A stretch of 64,000 nt of DNA, taken from NCBI RefSeq assembly GCF_006345805.1, contig NC_043012.1:8494001-8558000 (forward strand), in the 5' to 3' direction. Of this stretch, positions 52,314-64,000 are shown one piece after another. The notes under the pieces were generated by a model, which saw nothing but the letters and a program-made list of their open reading frames with translations, was not told where the DNA came from and did not search any database. The position numbers and the translations under genes were made by a program. The DNA comes from Octopus sinensis (Eukaryota). How positions within the stretch are numbered: the first letter of the stretch is position 1; the number at the start of each line of letters is the position of its first letter.

Positions 52314-52855
52314 ACTAGCTTAAGGTGACCCGCTCTACGCGCGGGTAAGAGTGTGCTTGTTACTTTCTGTTTCCTTTCTGTTTTTTATCACCACATTCAC
52401 CCTCTTTGTTTCTCTCTCCTTTCTCTCTCACTTTCCCACTCTCTTACTCTTCCTTTCTCTCGGACTCTCCCTCGCTTTCTCTTAATCTCTATCTTTCTCT
52501 ATCTATCGTTCTCCCATTTATAAAAAACAAAAGATCTTGAGTAAGTCGAGAAAGAAAATATTGTGAAACATCAATCATAAATATCAGGCAGTGACAACGG
52601 AAAACACACTTGCCTTTTGTACGTGCTACTATTTGAGCGATTAAAAATAAGGAAAAAAGATTTCTTTGTTAAATTTAGTATTTATTTGGGGAATTTTTCG
52701 ACAATTGACCATGCAAGTGAAAGCTCTAAACACGGGCTACATGCAGCTGAGAAGTCTTATTATAAGTCGAGGGTTTGGTAGGTCTTTTCTATCCCCAGTT
52801 TTCGTTTAATAAAATTACTATTGTACTTTGCTAACATTTAGGAATTTTACTATAG
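52314..52855 (+). mobile_element. Candidate Helitron-like element
   Basis: ACTAGC followed by the hairpin ACCCGC..GCGGGT. The 3' end is uncertain. Confidence 0.4.
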
Positions 52856-53157
52856 TTGAGACGAGCAAACGTTGAACCTGGTGCCATGTGGTATTTGTTC
52901 CGGCTCTTTGTGTTCTCAGCTCGAATCCCTCCATGGCCTACTTAGGTGACAGACTTAATCCTTTACCTCGCTTAACACCATCGCCTTAACCTTGGGTGTC
53001 TTTGGTGATGACCACTGTGTTGCAAGCATTCGGGTTAGGTCTCCAGTTTGAGACTCTTTATTCCCTTCCTCCCTCGAGAACCATCTGTCTCGAGAACCCT
53101 GTCAAGTCTCGTGGACACTGCCTTCTCTTTTGACTAAAAGATAAAAAAAAGTGAAGA

Positions 53158-53328
53158 GGCGCAGGAGTGGCTGTGTGGTAAGTAGCTTGCTAACCAACCA
53201 CATGGTTCTGGGTTCAGTCCCACTGCGTGGCATCTTGGGCAAATGTCTTCTGCTATAGCCCCGGGCCGACCAATGCCTTGTGAGTGGATTTGGTAGACGG
53301 AAACTGAAAGAAGCCTGTCGTATATATG

Positions 53329-53383
<55 letters not shown>

Positions 53384-53591
53384 TTGTGTTTGTCTACCTA
53401 GCATTGCTTGACAACCGATGCTGGTGTGTTTACGTCCCCGTTACTTAGCGGTTCGGCAAAAGAGACTGATAGAATAAGTACTGGGCTTACAAAGAATAAG
53501 TCCCGGGGTCGATTTGTTCGACTAAAGGTGGTGCTCCAGCATGGCCGCAGTCAAATGACTGAAACAAGTAAAAGAGTAAAGAGAGTAAGAG
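53158..53591 (+). mobile_element. SINE family A, subfamily A2
   Basis: Diagnostic CTGCTATAGCCCCGGG, CTAGCATTGC, TACTGGGC and TCCCGGG. Confidence 0.9.
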
Positions 53592-53853
53592 TTAAGCAAC
53601 TTCTTTAACACAACCTCTCCTGTATTGTTTCCCCCCCCCTCTTTACATCGAGTATTAAGTTGGCTTGTCCAGGAGTTTTACTCTCTTCACGTGCACTCCT
53701 TTTCGTGTGTGCTCTTCTTCAGGTCTACTCCCCGTTGTGCGTTATAATTTTTGGCACTTGTGTTGTTCTGTATATGATTATGGCTAGTTCTGGTAGTACA
53801 ATCGTTAGCCCCTACACGCAATTTTTTTTCTCTCCTTGTTTCTTTTCTGTGTA

Positions 53854-53891
53854 TCTTTCTGTCGAAGAGCGTAGGCTCGAAACATAAAAGA
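53854..53891 (+). ncRNA. CUGUCGA-variant hammerhead-like motif, GUA mutated to AUA
   Basis: Same element as 15040-15230 over about 190 bp. Confidence 0.5.
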
Positions 53892-53985
53892 CTTGTTTTA
53901 TTTCTATTCCTGAGTGCCATACTAATACATTATTTGTTTGTACTCCACCTGCCTTCGTCTTTTCTTTATTTTCGTAAACCTTCCG

Positions 53986-54053
<68 letters not shown>

Positions 54054-54315
54054 TACCTGTTACGTTGCACTTTTTCCGTCCGCTTTTATTTCTGTTGCAG
54101 TCAGTTATAACTTCATTTTCTTTTCATATTTTTATTTTGAAATTTCCCTTTCTTTATTCTTTTTAACGATTTTAAACGTTTTCCGCTTGTTGAGTTGTAA
54201 TTTCTATAAAAGTCCACGTAGTTTCTTATCTTGTCTCCTGTTCTGTTTATCTCTTTAAACCGTTCTGCTGCTCCAGGGTGGAATTAAGTTTACTTCAGCA
54301 TTAATTCATTTCACG

Positions 54316-54502
54316 CTTTTACCTGTTTCAGTCATTTGACTGCGGCCATGCTGGAGCACCGCCTTTAGTCGAGCAAATCGACCCCGGGACTTATTCTTTG
54401 TAAGCCCAGTACTTATTCTATCGGTATCTTTTGCCGAACCACTAAGTGACGGGGACGTAAACACACACCAGCATCGGTTGTCAAGCAATGCTAGGGGGAC
54501 AA

Positions 54503-54535
<33 letters not shown>

Positions 54536-54711
54536 CATACATATATACGACAGGCTTCTTTCAGTTTCCGTCTACCAAATCCACTCACAAGGCATTGGTC
54601 GGCCCGGGGCTATAGCAGAAGACACTTGCCCAAGATGCCACGCAGTGGGACTGAACCCGGAACCATGTGGTTGGTTAGCAAGCTACTTACCACACAGCCA
54701 CTCCTGCACCT
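54316..54711 (-). mobile_element. SINE family A, subfamily A2
   Basis: Same diagnostic positions. Confidence 0.9.
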
Positions 54712-55017
54712 ATTTCATCAGGTTTTTCGAATAATGTTGCTGCTTTCATCGCGTCATTTCCGTAGTTTTCAACTATTTCGATGACTGCTGTTACTCGGTT
54801 GTTGTTGTGGTTGTTATTGCCTAAAGTTTCGATGTTATTACTTTCTATTCATTGTTTATTGTTTTTTTAAGGTCAGTTTCATTAGAAAAGACCAATTTCA
54901 GTTTTGACAATTGTTATTGATCCCACTGTGTAACACGATTTTTTGTCCTTGGGTAGCAGCTGTTATTTCTTATTTGCTTACCCCTAGAAAGTATGAAAAA
55001 TGGTTAATATTATAGAC

Positions 55018-55400
55018 ACAAGGCCTGAAATATGTGGAGGAGGGGGCAAGTCGATCACATCGACCCCAGTGTTTGACTGGTACTTATTTCATCGACCCCG
55101 AAAGGATGAAAGGCAAAGTCGATCTCGGCGGAATTTGAACTTAGAACGTAAATACGGACGAAATACCTATTTCTTTATTACCCACAAGGGGCTAAACACA
55201 GAGGGGACAAACAAGGACAGACATAGGTATTAAGTCGATTACATCGACCCCAGTGCGTAACTGGTACTTAATTTATCGACCCCGAAAGGATGAAAGACTA
55301 AGTCGACCTAGGCGGAATTTGAACTTAGAACGTAAATACGGACGAAATACCGCTAAGTATTTTGCCCGGAGTGCTAACGATTCTGCCAGCTCACCGCCTT
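55018..55400 (-). mobile_element. SINE family B, two units, intronic
   Basis: Head, unit with tail 1, then unit with tail 2. Confidence 0.88.
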
Positions 55401-55748
55401 TAAAGGTATTCCTAATGTAATCTACATCAATAAAGATTACGTAATTTGAATTTTTCCGGGTCCATTTTTTGTTGGTTCTTCTTTTTGAAGAAGCTATTAA
55501 ATTATTAAATTATTCCTAAATTAAAAACTGAAATTTAAATTTGCAGCAAAGGAGAGCCAGATTTCGTTTTCCGCTTGCAGATATTTTACTTTGCTTGAAC
55601 TGTTATTCTTGCCCCCCACCCCACAAAAAATGGCTATAAAATCCGTCCCGCATGCTTTTTCTCTCTTTTAATCCCTGAATCTGAACATCCGTCAAATCAC
55701 GAGAGAATCAAATTAAATAACACGTGTTTATGATTCTTTTATCCATAG

Positions 55749-56270
55749 ACAAGGGTTACTCTCCTAGCTTATGTGCTGAAGCCTTCGTGGAGGGTTTACT
55801 GTGGTTTTTCGATAATCCCAATACGAGACAGAAGACACAGATTTTCAATATCTACTCAAAGAATAAAGCCGCCCTAATCCTTATGGCTTTAGCTATTGAA
55901 AAACGAGTATTTCCATTTGGTAAGAGAACTGTGTTTAGTGACGTGTTCCAAATCCGCAAGTGTAGGATTTTGGAACCTACAACCAATGCTGTGATAGCTG
56001 TTGTTTCAAGATCTGCCTTTGAAGATATTCAACAACGTGCGAATAGCCATAAGACTAATGAATACACTGTTTTATGTAATTCTGAGGACAGTATTCACAT
56101 GATAGCCGTTGAACAGATGAATGGACGGTCGCTAAACGAAGTGATGTATGTTGCTGCACCCGAAAGCAAAGCCGTAGACGAATATAAATATTTTATAAAA
56201 GTACTCATCGACCAAATGCAAAGAACTTTTGAGAGAAATCAAAAGGATATTTCAGTAGTCCTAGACTTTG
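55749..56270 (+). CDS. Next exon of the macro-domain gene (end of macro 1 and most of a degenerate macro 2)
   Basis: Acceptor atccatag and donor TTTG/gtgagt; 522 nt, phase 1-1. Splices in frame to give PILGI-DKGYSPSLCAEAFVEGLLWFF, which completes the C-terminal helix of macro 1. Confidence 0.85.
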
Positions 56271-56312
56271 GTGAGTATTGGATTTCAATATTCCTTACAC
56301 ATACGTTTCTAA

Positions 56313-57915
56313 CACCAGGCAACAAAAATGTTGTTACAGAAGACCAAATAGGTGTTTCTAGCTAATTTCGGTTTGCTGATTTCAAATCTGTAATTAGATT
56401 TTTTCTGTCGCGTCTAGATTTTGTGTAAAATGCAAATCACTCAGTAAAACTTCCTACCACACCCAGATTTTGGTTTTAATCATCTTAATGCCAGCAATAT
56501 GAAACTTACTTTTCAAGATTAAGGTAATTTTTGTTTGCCAACTATATACAAATTCTAACGATTTTGATCAATAAAATTTATCCCGAGTTGGCAACACTGA
56601 TTCAAGAGCAAAGTAACGGCCCAAAGGTCAGTTGCTATGTGACAGTCAAATAGAGCGGTTGTTGAAGGCAGCAGTTCATTTGAAGATTTTGAGTGTGATA
56701 TAGAAATAGGGGTAGATTGCATATATGTCCCAGATGCAACTAGTTCCCCACATTTGTTAAATTAAGCATATATTAAATGACTTAGCGCGCGATTTGAGAT
56801 TACCAAACGAAAAGGCAGAGTCGCTTGGTTCCAGACTTCAAGAATGGAATTTTCTCCAGCCAAACACCAGAGTTCCCCCATTTCCGCCATCGCCATCTGC
56901 AGTTTTCATCATTTTTCTTGCCATGATACCAATGGTCTGATGAAAAGGATTGGCTTTCCCTATGATCCAAACGAATGAAACTGTTCATTGACTCTAGTAA
57001 AGCTAGCCTTTAAGCTGTATTACTGGGCAACGGCTATACAAAACTTTCAATATCTTGTAGCATATGCCACTGGCCTAATGAGACTTATGAATCAATGGTG
57101 TGGTGTTAGTGGTGTTATGGGCTGTGATGAGCTATGTGGTGTTGGTGGGGGGGATTGCAGATGAGGTGGACGGAAGTAAGAACTGCAGGGGGTTACAGTT
57201 GGTCTACACAAAGCATATGTGCTTTTTGTGTCCATGGAACAGCAGAAATGACAAGAACCACTACAAAAATCATGACTGACCATCTAGAACTGAACATGTT
57301 GCTGGTAAAACAATGTGAAACACCCACCACTTATTGACCGTCAGAAAGTACATCTTCCACCACTTCACATTAAACTTGGCCTTATGAAAAATTTCGTGAA
57401 GAGTATGGATGATCGAGGGAGTAGTTCTCAATATTTAAAGGATAAATTCAAAGGAATATTGACAGATGCTTAGCTAGAAGCTGGAGATTTTACTAGACCA
57501 TAGATCTGCAGTGTTATCCACGTTTTATCGTTTCCGTCTGGTTTAAACGAGAATGAACTAAGTGCATGGACATCTTTTGTTGAAGTTGTCAAAAATTTTC
57601 TTGGAAACCACAAAGCTGAAAACCACCATAAACTCGTAGAAAACATGCTTAAATCTTATGAAAAAATGGGATGCAGAATGTCTTTAAAAATACATTTTTT
57701 TTTCAGGGCTCGCCTAGGCTTTTTTTCGGTCAACCTTGGGTTGTGAGTGACGAGCATGGAGAGCGCTTCCACCAACAGATTTCAGTTAGGGAAAACAAAT
57801 ATCAAGGTAATTTCAGCCCAAATATGATGAGAGATTACTGTTGGTTCCTGCAGAAGGAAGGCCGCTTTTCATCCTACAAACAACAAAGGAAGAGGAAACA
57901 CCAAAGTTTCACTTA
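56313..57915 (+). mobile_element. Decayed DNA transposon, probably CMC-Chapaev3 type, in an intron of the macro gene
   Basis: Broken frames encode LPPLHIKLGLMKNFVKSM, AWTSFVEVVKNFLGNHKA, GCRMSLKIHF and SDEHGERFHQQISVRENKYQG..MMRDYCW. Putative left end TAA/CAC. The family assignment is from memory of these motifs. Confidence 0.7.
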
Positions 57916-58197
57916 AGAACGGGAAGTTGCCTTTCGGTAGTAACAACAAAATGCTAGCGCGTTTTGGGTGGATGATTGGGCATAGGGGTGGTAACTCTGC
58001 CAGCGGAATTCTATTGTCTGTCTTAATAAGGAGGAAAGTCATTCCTGTTCGTTAATTATTTAAATATTCTTAACATAGAACATGGTATGGAAAAGTAGCT
58101 TAGACGGCTTTCGTAATAGAAATAGGTGAGAAAAAAAAAGGAAAATAGGGGTTTTCGGTTACACAAAATCTGGATGTGATCGAGAAATTTAGATATA

Positions 58198-58613
58198 GGC
58201 GCAGGAGTGGCTGTGTGGTAAGTAGCTCGCTTACCAACCACATGGTTCCGGGTTCAGTCCCACTGCGTGGCACTTTGGGCAAGTGTCTTCTGCTATAGCC
58301 CCGGGCCGACCAAAGCCTTGTGAGTGGATTTGGTAGACGGAAACTGAAAGAAGCCCGTCGTATATATGTATATATATATATACGTGTGTGTGTGTTTGTG
58401 TGTCTGTGTTTGTCCCCCTAGCATTGCTTGACAACCGATGCTGGTGTGTTTACGTCCCCGTAACTTAGCGGTTCGGCAAAAGATACCGATAGAATAAGTA
58501 CTGGGCTTACAAAAGAATAAGTCCCGGGATCGAGTTGCTCGATTTAAGGCGGTGCTCCAGCATGGCCGCAGTCAAATGACTGAAACAAGTAGAAGAGTAA
58601 AAGAGTAAAGAGT
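58198..58613 (+). mobile_element. SINE family A, subfamily A2
   Basis: Same diagnostic positions. Confidence 0.9.
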
Positions 58614-58750
58614 ATATCTGATCTGAAATTAACATCAGAAATTTGGTAGGAATCAGTAGTTTACGTGTCTGTAACAAAAAAAAAAAAAAAGTTCAAATTT
58701 GTTGTCGAGTGTAATAAATAAATAATGTGATTAATACTGCGCGCGACACG

Positions 58751-58869
<119 letters not shown>

Positions 58870-59286
58870 GCACACACATTCACACGCACATATTTACAAA
58901 CGTTCGCACACACATGCGCATACGGACACACACACACATTGCCGAAATGCAAGAAATTTAACAACAAATAGCTTACAAACTACAGAATTTTCTCAAAAAA
59001 GCCAAGAGAAAAAGATGTTTTATGTGACACATTCTACAAGTATACGAAGTTTAAAAGTGTTTAGTTACAAAGAAATTATTTTAAAAATCTGCCGGTCAAA
59101 AGGAAAAGATCCGAACCAAGACTTTGTGTTGGTGCATTTGGCTTAATTTATATTCTAGAGATGCATGGAGATCACAACAGGATTCGAAGAAATTTGTTGT
59201 TACACTTTCATAATTTTCTTTCTTCTATTTGAAAAAAAAAGGGGGAATCTTTCTTGAAATATCAAAGGGCCATTAAATCACCTATT

Positions 59287-59503
59287 TACTCTTTTACTCT
59301 TTTACTTGTTTCAGTCATTTGACTGCGGCCATGCTGGAGCACCGCCCTTAGTCGAGCAAATCGACCCCGGGACTTATTCTTTGTAAGCCCAGTACTTATT
59401 CTATCGGTCTCTTTTGCCGAACCGCTAAGTGACGGGGACGTAAACACACCAGCATCGGTTGTCAAGCAATGCTAGGGGGACAAACACAGACACACAAACA
59501 TAT

Positions 59504-59548
<45 letters not shown>

Positions 59549-59714
59549 TACGACGGGCTTCTTTCCGTTTCCGTCTACCAAATCCACTCACAAGGCATTG
59601 GTCGGCCCGGGGCAATAGCAGAAGACACTTGCCCAAGATGCCACGCAGTGGGACTGAACCCTGAACCATGTGGTTGGTTAGCAAGATACTTACCACACAG
59701 CCACTCCTGCGCCT
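59287..59714 (-). mobile_element. SINE family A, subfamily A2
   Basis: Same diagnostic positions, with one substitution in the first motif. Confidence 0.9.
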
Positions 59715-60106
59715 ATGTAAGCTAATACAATAACTTTTCTCTTCGTTCTCACTTACTGACATCACCTCATATAATTCGTTTAGTTCCACAAACCTGAATT
59801 GCTCAAAGGTAGGTTTTTCCCAAACATTTATATCATTTATGCATATTACAATGATTCAAGCAAACTAATTACTCTTTTAAAGGTATTTAAAAACTTGTGC
59901 TTGATTTGTTTTTCTCACTAGTAAATATTCTGCTATTGTTGTTTCTTATCACTTCAAAGGCATCATTAAAATAACATTTTATATTTTATGACTTTTTTTC
60001 AGATGGCGCTGTTCAGCCTTTCTGTGGTTAGTTTACGAAATATTATTTCTATTTTTAACAAAGCAATTAAAACTGATGGTATAAAATTGACTAATCAACT
60101 CGTAAA

Positions 60107-60144
<38 letters not shown>

Positions 60145-60147
<3 letters not shown>

Positions 60148-60917
60148 TTTACTTGTTTCAGTCATTTGACTGTGGCCATGCTGGAGCACCACCTGTAGTC
60201 GAGCAAATCGACTCCAGGACTTATTCTATGTAAGCCTAGTACTTATTCTATCGGTCTCTTTTGCCGAACCGCTAAGTTACGGGGACGTAAACACACCAGC
60301 ATCGGTTGTCAAGCGATGTTGGGAGGACAAACACAGACACACAAACACATACACACACATACATATATATATATACATATATACGACGGGCTTCTTTCAG
60401 TTTCCGGCTACCAAATCCACTCACAAGGCTTTGGTCGGCCCGAGGCTATAGTAGAAGACACTTGCCCAAGGTGCCACGCAGTGGGACTGAACTCTGAACC
60501 ATGTGGTCGGTAAGCAAGCTACTTGCTACACAGCTATGGTTAATCAATTTGTAAGCGAGTTGTAAATGAATGTTAGGCTACCAGTGACGCCAAATAGCAG
60601 AATATGTTCTTTCTTCTATCTTGTTTGATTGTGGCCATGCTGGAGTACCGTCTTGACAGGTTTAAAGTCTAGTACTTATTCTGTAGGTCTCTTTTGCTGA
60701 AACACTAGGTCACGGAGACGTGAACAAATCAACGCTGGTTGTCAAGTGGTGGTGTGGATTCCGCACAGTTTCTGTCTACCAAATTTATTCACAAGGTATT
60801 GGTCGGCCCGGGGTTATAAGAGAAGACATTTGTTCAAGGTGTCGCGCTGTGGGACTGAACCCGAAGTCACATGCTTGCAAAGCGAGTTTTCTTTTAACCA
60901 CATGGCCATTCCTGCGT
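60145..60917 (-). mobile_element. Two SINE family A copies (60145-60534 young, about 60620-60917 old)
   Basis: Sequence similarity to the family. Further partial copies lie at about 126-316, 21540-21640, 26106-26245 and 63495-63640. Confidence 0.8.
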
Positions 60918-61131
60918 CGAAAAAATGATTTATTACAGAACCTAGACAAAAATAAATACCTTGAACAGCAACAACAACTATACTATTGGCATTATAAATC
61001 CAAGTATTAACCGTATTGTGTATTTTAGTGATTGTAACTCTTACAAATGAGTTTGTATAAAATGCTGACTCTTGTCACGTCACGTAAAGGAATTCATCAA
61101 TCCTGACGTTTTGCCAAGCCTTTTATTGTTT

Positions 61132-61500
61132 ACTAGCACAATGACCCGGCAACGCCGGGTCATACTGTTAGTGCATGCCTATACAGCTGCGTGCGTGCGT
61201 GCGCACATACACGCGAGTACTGTCCAAATCTCCAACCAATGACATACAGCTAGCTGGCATTCAATTGGCGTATCATGTTTCAGGCATTTTGATTGGCTTT
61301 TGGATAGAAAATTCACAAAAAAGTCACTTCTATTGATTTTTTAATTGCTTTGCGGGGTGACTGAGGAAATGTAAAGATATGCACGACCACCCTTGGACGG
61401 TTTTGAATGACCATAGAAAGTGCGAGCCCTCTAACTGAAAAATTATGGATTTGTATAAAGGACACACACACAGACAGACATTTTGCCGTTTATATATATA
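61132..61500 (+). mobile_element. Helitron-like element, family K, second copy
   Basis: Same 5' hairpin and body as 32602-32969. Confidence 0.75.
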
Positions 61501-61574
61501 AATTTTCAAAATAGAATTTCTTAATAAATAATCTTCTGCAATGACATTGTCTTTTGTTTTTATTGTTGTTTCAG

Positions 61575-61660
61575 GGATAGAAGTATTTTCTGGTGATGAC
61601 TTCCATCGATGTTTTCTTAGCGCTGTCAAATATTTCTCAGAGAGTTTGCCAGAAACATGA
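61575..61660 (+). CDS. Probable terminal coding exon of the macro-domain gene
   Basis: Acceptor ttgttgtttcag, phase 1. Reads (G)IEVFSGDDFHRCFLSAVKYFSESLPET-stop, matching the macro C-terminal helix, and is followed by AATAAA at 61718. Confidence 0.7.
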
Positions 61661-61717
61661 GCCGAGTGGAGAACAACACTAACTTTCCAAATGAGCAAGA
61701 CAATCTAAGCGAATTTT

Positions 61718-61723
61718 AATAAA
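61718..61723 (+). terminator. Putative polyadenylation signal of the macro-domain gene
   Basis: AATAAA 58 nt after the predicted stop, followed by T-rich sequence. Confidence 0.5.
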
Positions 61724-61780
61724 AGGCTTTGATTCTATTTATTACTTATTGTCGTTGCTGTAGCTGTTGCTATATTCATC

Positions 61781-63103
61781 CTGGCAGAAACGTTAGCACG
61801 CCGGGCGAAATGCGTAGCCGTATTTCGTCAGCCGTTACGTTCTGAGTTCAAATTCCGCCGAGGTCCACTTTGCCTTTCATCCTTTCGGGATCGATAAATA
61901 AAGTACCAGTTACGCACTGGGGTCGATGTAATCGACTTAATCCCTTTGTCTGTCCTTGTTTGTCACCTCTGTGTTTAGCCCTTTGTGATTAGTAAAGAAA
62001 TAGGTATTTCGTCTGCCGTTACGTTCTGAGTTCAAATTCCGCCGAGGTCGACTTTGCCTTTCATCCTTTCGGGATCGATAAATAAAGTACCAGTTACGCA
62101 CTGGGGTCGATGTAATCGACTTAATCCCGTTGTCTGTCCTTGTTTGTCCTCTCTGTGTTCAGCCCCTTGCGGGTAGTAAAGAAATAGGTATTTCGTCTGC
62201 CGTTACGTTCTGAGTTCAAATTCCGCCGAGGTCCACTTTGCCTTTCATCCTTTCGGGATCGATAAATAAAGTACCAGTGACGCACTGGGGTCGATGTGAT
62301 CGACTTAATCCCGTTGTCTGTCCTTGTTTGTCCTCTCTGTGTTCAGCCCCTTGCGGGTAGTAAAGAAATAGGTATTTCGTCTGCCGTTACGTTCTGAGTT
62401 CAAATTCCGCCGAGGTCGACTTTGCCTTTCATCCTTTCGGGATCGATAAATAAAGTACCAGTTACGCACTGGGGTCGATGTAATCGACTTAATCCGTTGT
62501 CTGTCCTTGTTTGTCCTCTCTGTGTTCAGCCCCTTGCGGGTAGTAAAGAATAGGTATTTCGTCTGCCGTACGTTCTGAGTTCAAATTCCGCCGAGGTCCA
62601 CTTTGCCTTTCATCCTTTCGGGATCGATAAATAAAGTACCAGTGACGCACTGGGGTCGATGTAATCGACTTAATCCCGTTGTCTGTCCTTGTTTGTCCTC
62701 TCTGTGTTCAGCCCCTTGCGGGTAGTAAAGAAATAGGTATTTCGTCTGCCGTTACGTTCTGAGTTCAAATTCCGCCGAGGTCGACTTTGCCTTTCATCCT
62801 TTCGGGATCGATAAATAAAGTACCAGTTACGCACTGGGGTCGATGTAATCGACTTAATCCCGTTGTCTGTCCTTGTTTGTCCTCTCTGTGTTCAGCCCCT
62901 TGCGGGTAGTAAAGAAATAGGTATTTCGTCTGCCGTTACGTTCTGAGTTCAAATTCCGCCGAGGTCCACTTTGCCTTTCATCCTTTCGGGATCGATAAAT
63001 AAAGTACCAGTTACGCACTGGGGTCGGTGTAATCGACTTAATCCCTTTGTCTGTCTTTGTTTGTCACCTCTATGTTTAGCCCCTTGTGGGCAATAAAGAA
63101 ATA
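61781..63103 (+). repeat. SINE family B insertion carrying a 7 x 184-bp tandem array
   Basis: Units start at 61819, 62003, 62187, 62371, 62553, 62736 and 62920. 10-bp TSD TATATTCATC (61771-61780 / 63104-63113). Confidence 0.93.
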
Positions 63104-63170
63104 TATATTCATCATTTTACATGAGGATATCTTTTATCTTTTATCTTTTAATTGCTTCAGTCATTATATT

Positions 63171-63478
63171 GTGGAGGCGCAATGGCCCAGTGGTTAGGGC
63201 AGTGGATTCGCGGTCGGAGGATCGCGGTTTCGATTCCCAGACCGGGCGTTGTATGTGTCTATTGGGCGAAAACACCTAAAGCTCCACGAGGCTCCGGCAG
63301 CGGATGGTGGCCACCCCTGTTGTACTCTTTCGCCCCAAATTTCTCTCACTTTCTGTTTCTTGAGTAACGCTGCGATGGACTGGCCTCCCGTCCAGCTGGG
63401 GGGGGGGGGAACACATGCACTACAGAAACCGGGAAACTGGGTCCATGAGCCCGGCTAGGGTTGAAAAGGGTGCATAAA
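63171..63478 (+). mobile_element. SINE with a C-type head and a third tail type, nested in a family A copy
   Basis: C head; tail GCGATGGACTGGCCTCCCGTCCAG..CTACAGAAACCGGG. Confidence 0.8.
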
Positions 63479-63638
63479 TAAATATAAAAAATATGCTAGG
63501 GCACTGCCTTGAAGAATAAATCGACCCCAGGACTTTTTTTTCAAGTATTCTATCTGTTCTTTTGCCGAACCGCTAAGTTACAGGGGACGTACACACAACA
63601 CCATCAGGTGTCAAGCTATAGTGGGGGTCAAACACAAA

Positions 63639-63677
<39 letters not shown>

Positions 63678-63936
63678 ACACACACACACACACACACTGA
63701 CACACACACACACACACACACACTGACACACACACACACACACACACACTGACACATACACGCACGTATATATATATGTACTTTGGTGCGACACAAACTG
63801 TAGGGATTGATGTGTAGCAGATATGTCTACCTTTATTATCGTCTCTTTTGTCTTCCACAAAATGACAGGTGGAGGTCTACCTGAAGCGTACGCTTGGTGA
63901 AATTCTCCCCCCCCCCTCTCTCTCTTTCTGTTATAT

Positions 63937-64000
63937 ATCTTTATATATAAAAGTGAGGTTGTGTTCTGTCTGTCTCCTACGATTTAGATTCCTAAATACT
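63937..64000 (-). mobile_element. Helitron-like element, family L, 3' end (continues beyond the window)
   Basis: Reverse complement of about 33300-33364. Confidence 0.7.

Noticed and set aside
53545-53575. SINE A tail AGTC-AAAT-GACT-GAAAC-AA-GTA resembling the 3' half of a hammerhead
   Set aside because: No CUGANGA-like core precedes the hairpin in any copy. It is more simply a LINE-type 3' stem-loop.
61819-63103. CRISPR-like appearance of the regular array
   Set aside because: The units are contiguous near-identical 184-mers with no unique spacers, there are no cas genes, and the context is eukaryotic.

Overview
This is eukaryotic, AT-rich, microsatellite-saturated animal DNA. The SINE families look like those I recognise from Octopus (coleoid cephalopod) genomes; this is recognition from memory and should be confirmed by BLAST. 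Nearly all of the ORF track is noise from microsatellites and SINEs. Two host genes are supported: (1) a single-coding-exon ZIP zinc transporter of the ZIP1/2/3 type (27896-29539, +); (2) the 3' part of a spliced + strand gene (exons 51527-51925, 55749-56270, 61575-61660) encoding two tandem, divergent macro domains and ending without a PARP domain. The rest is repeats: about 20 copies of one tRNA-headed SINE, several other SINE families, two Gypsy-type solo LTRs with 4-bp TSDs, mariner and probable Chapaev3 fossils, RLE-, RTE- and CR1-type LINE fragments, MITEs and Helitron-like elements, plus one 100-N gap. The least expected signal is a set of about eight families of minimal type I hammerhead-ribozyme motifs of the Penelope/retrozyme style. 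They include one with a swapped G3:C8 core pair, one with an A6U core, one with a canonical core and a long stem II insert, and one inside a tRNA-headed SINE. Also notable are a 7 x 184-bp SINE-derived array with dimeric higher-order structure inside a single TSD, and four same-subfamily SINEs arranged +,-,+,- around one frame-preserving exon. All folds were derived by eye and ribozyme activity is untested.
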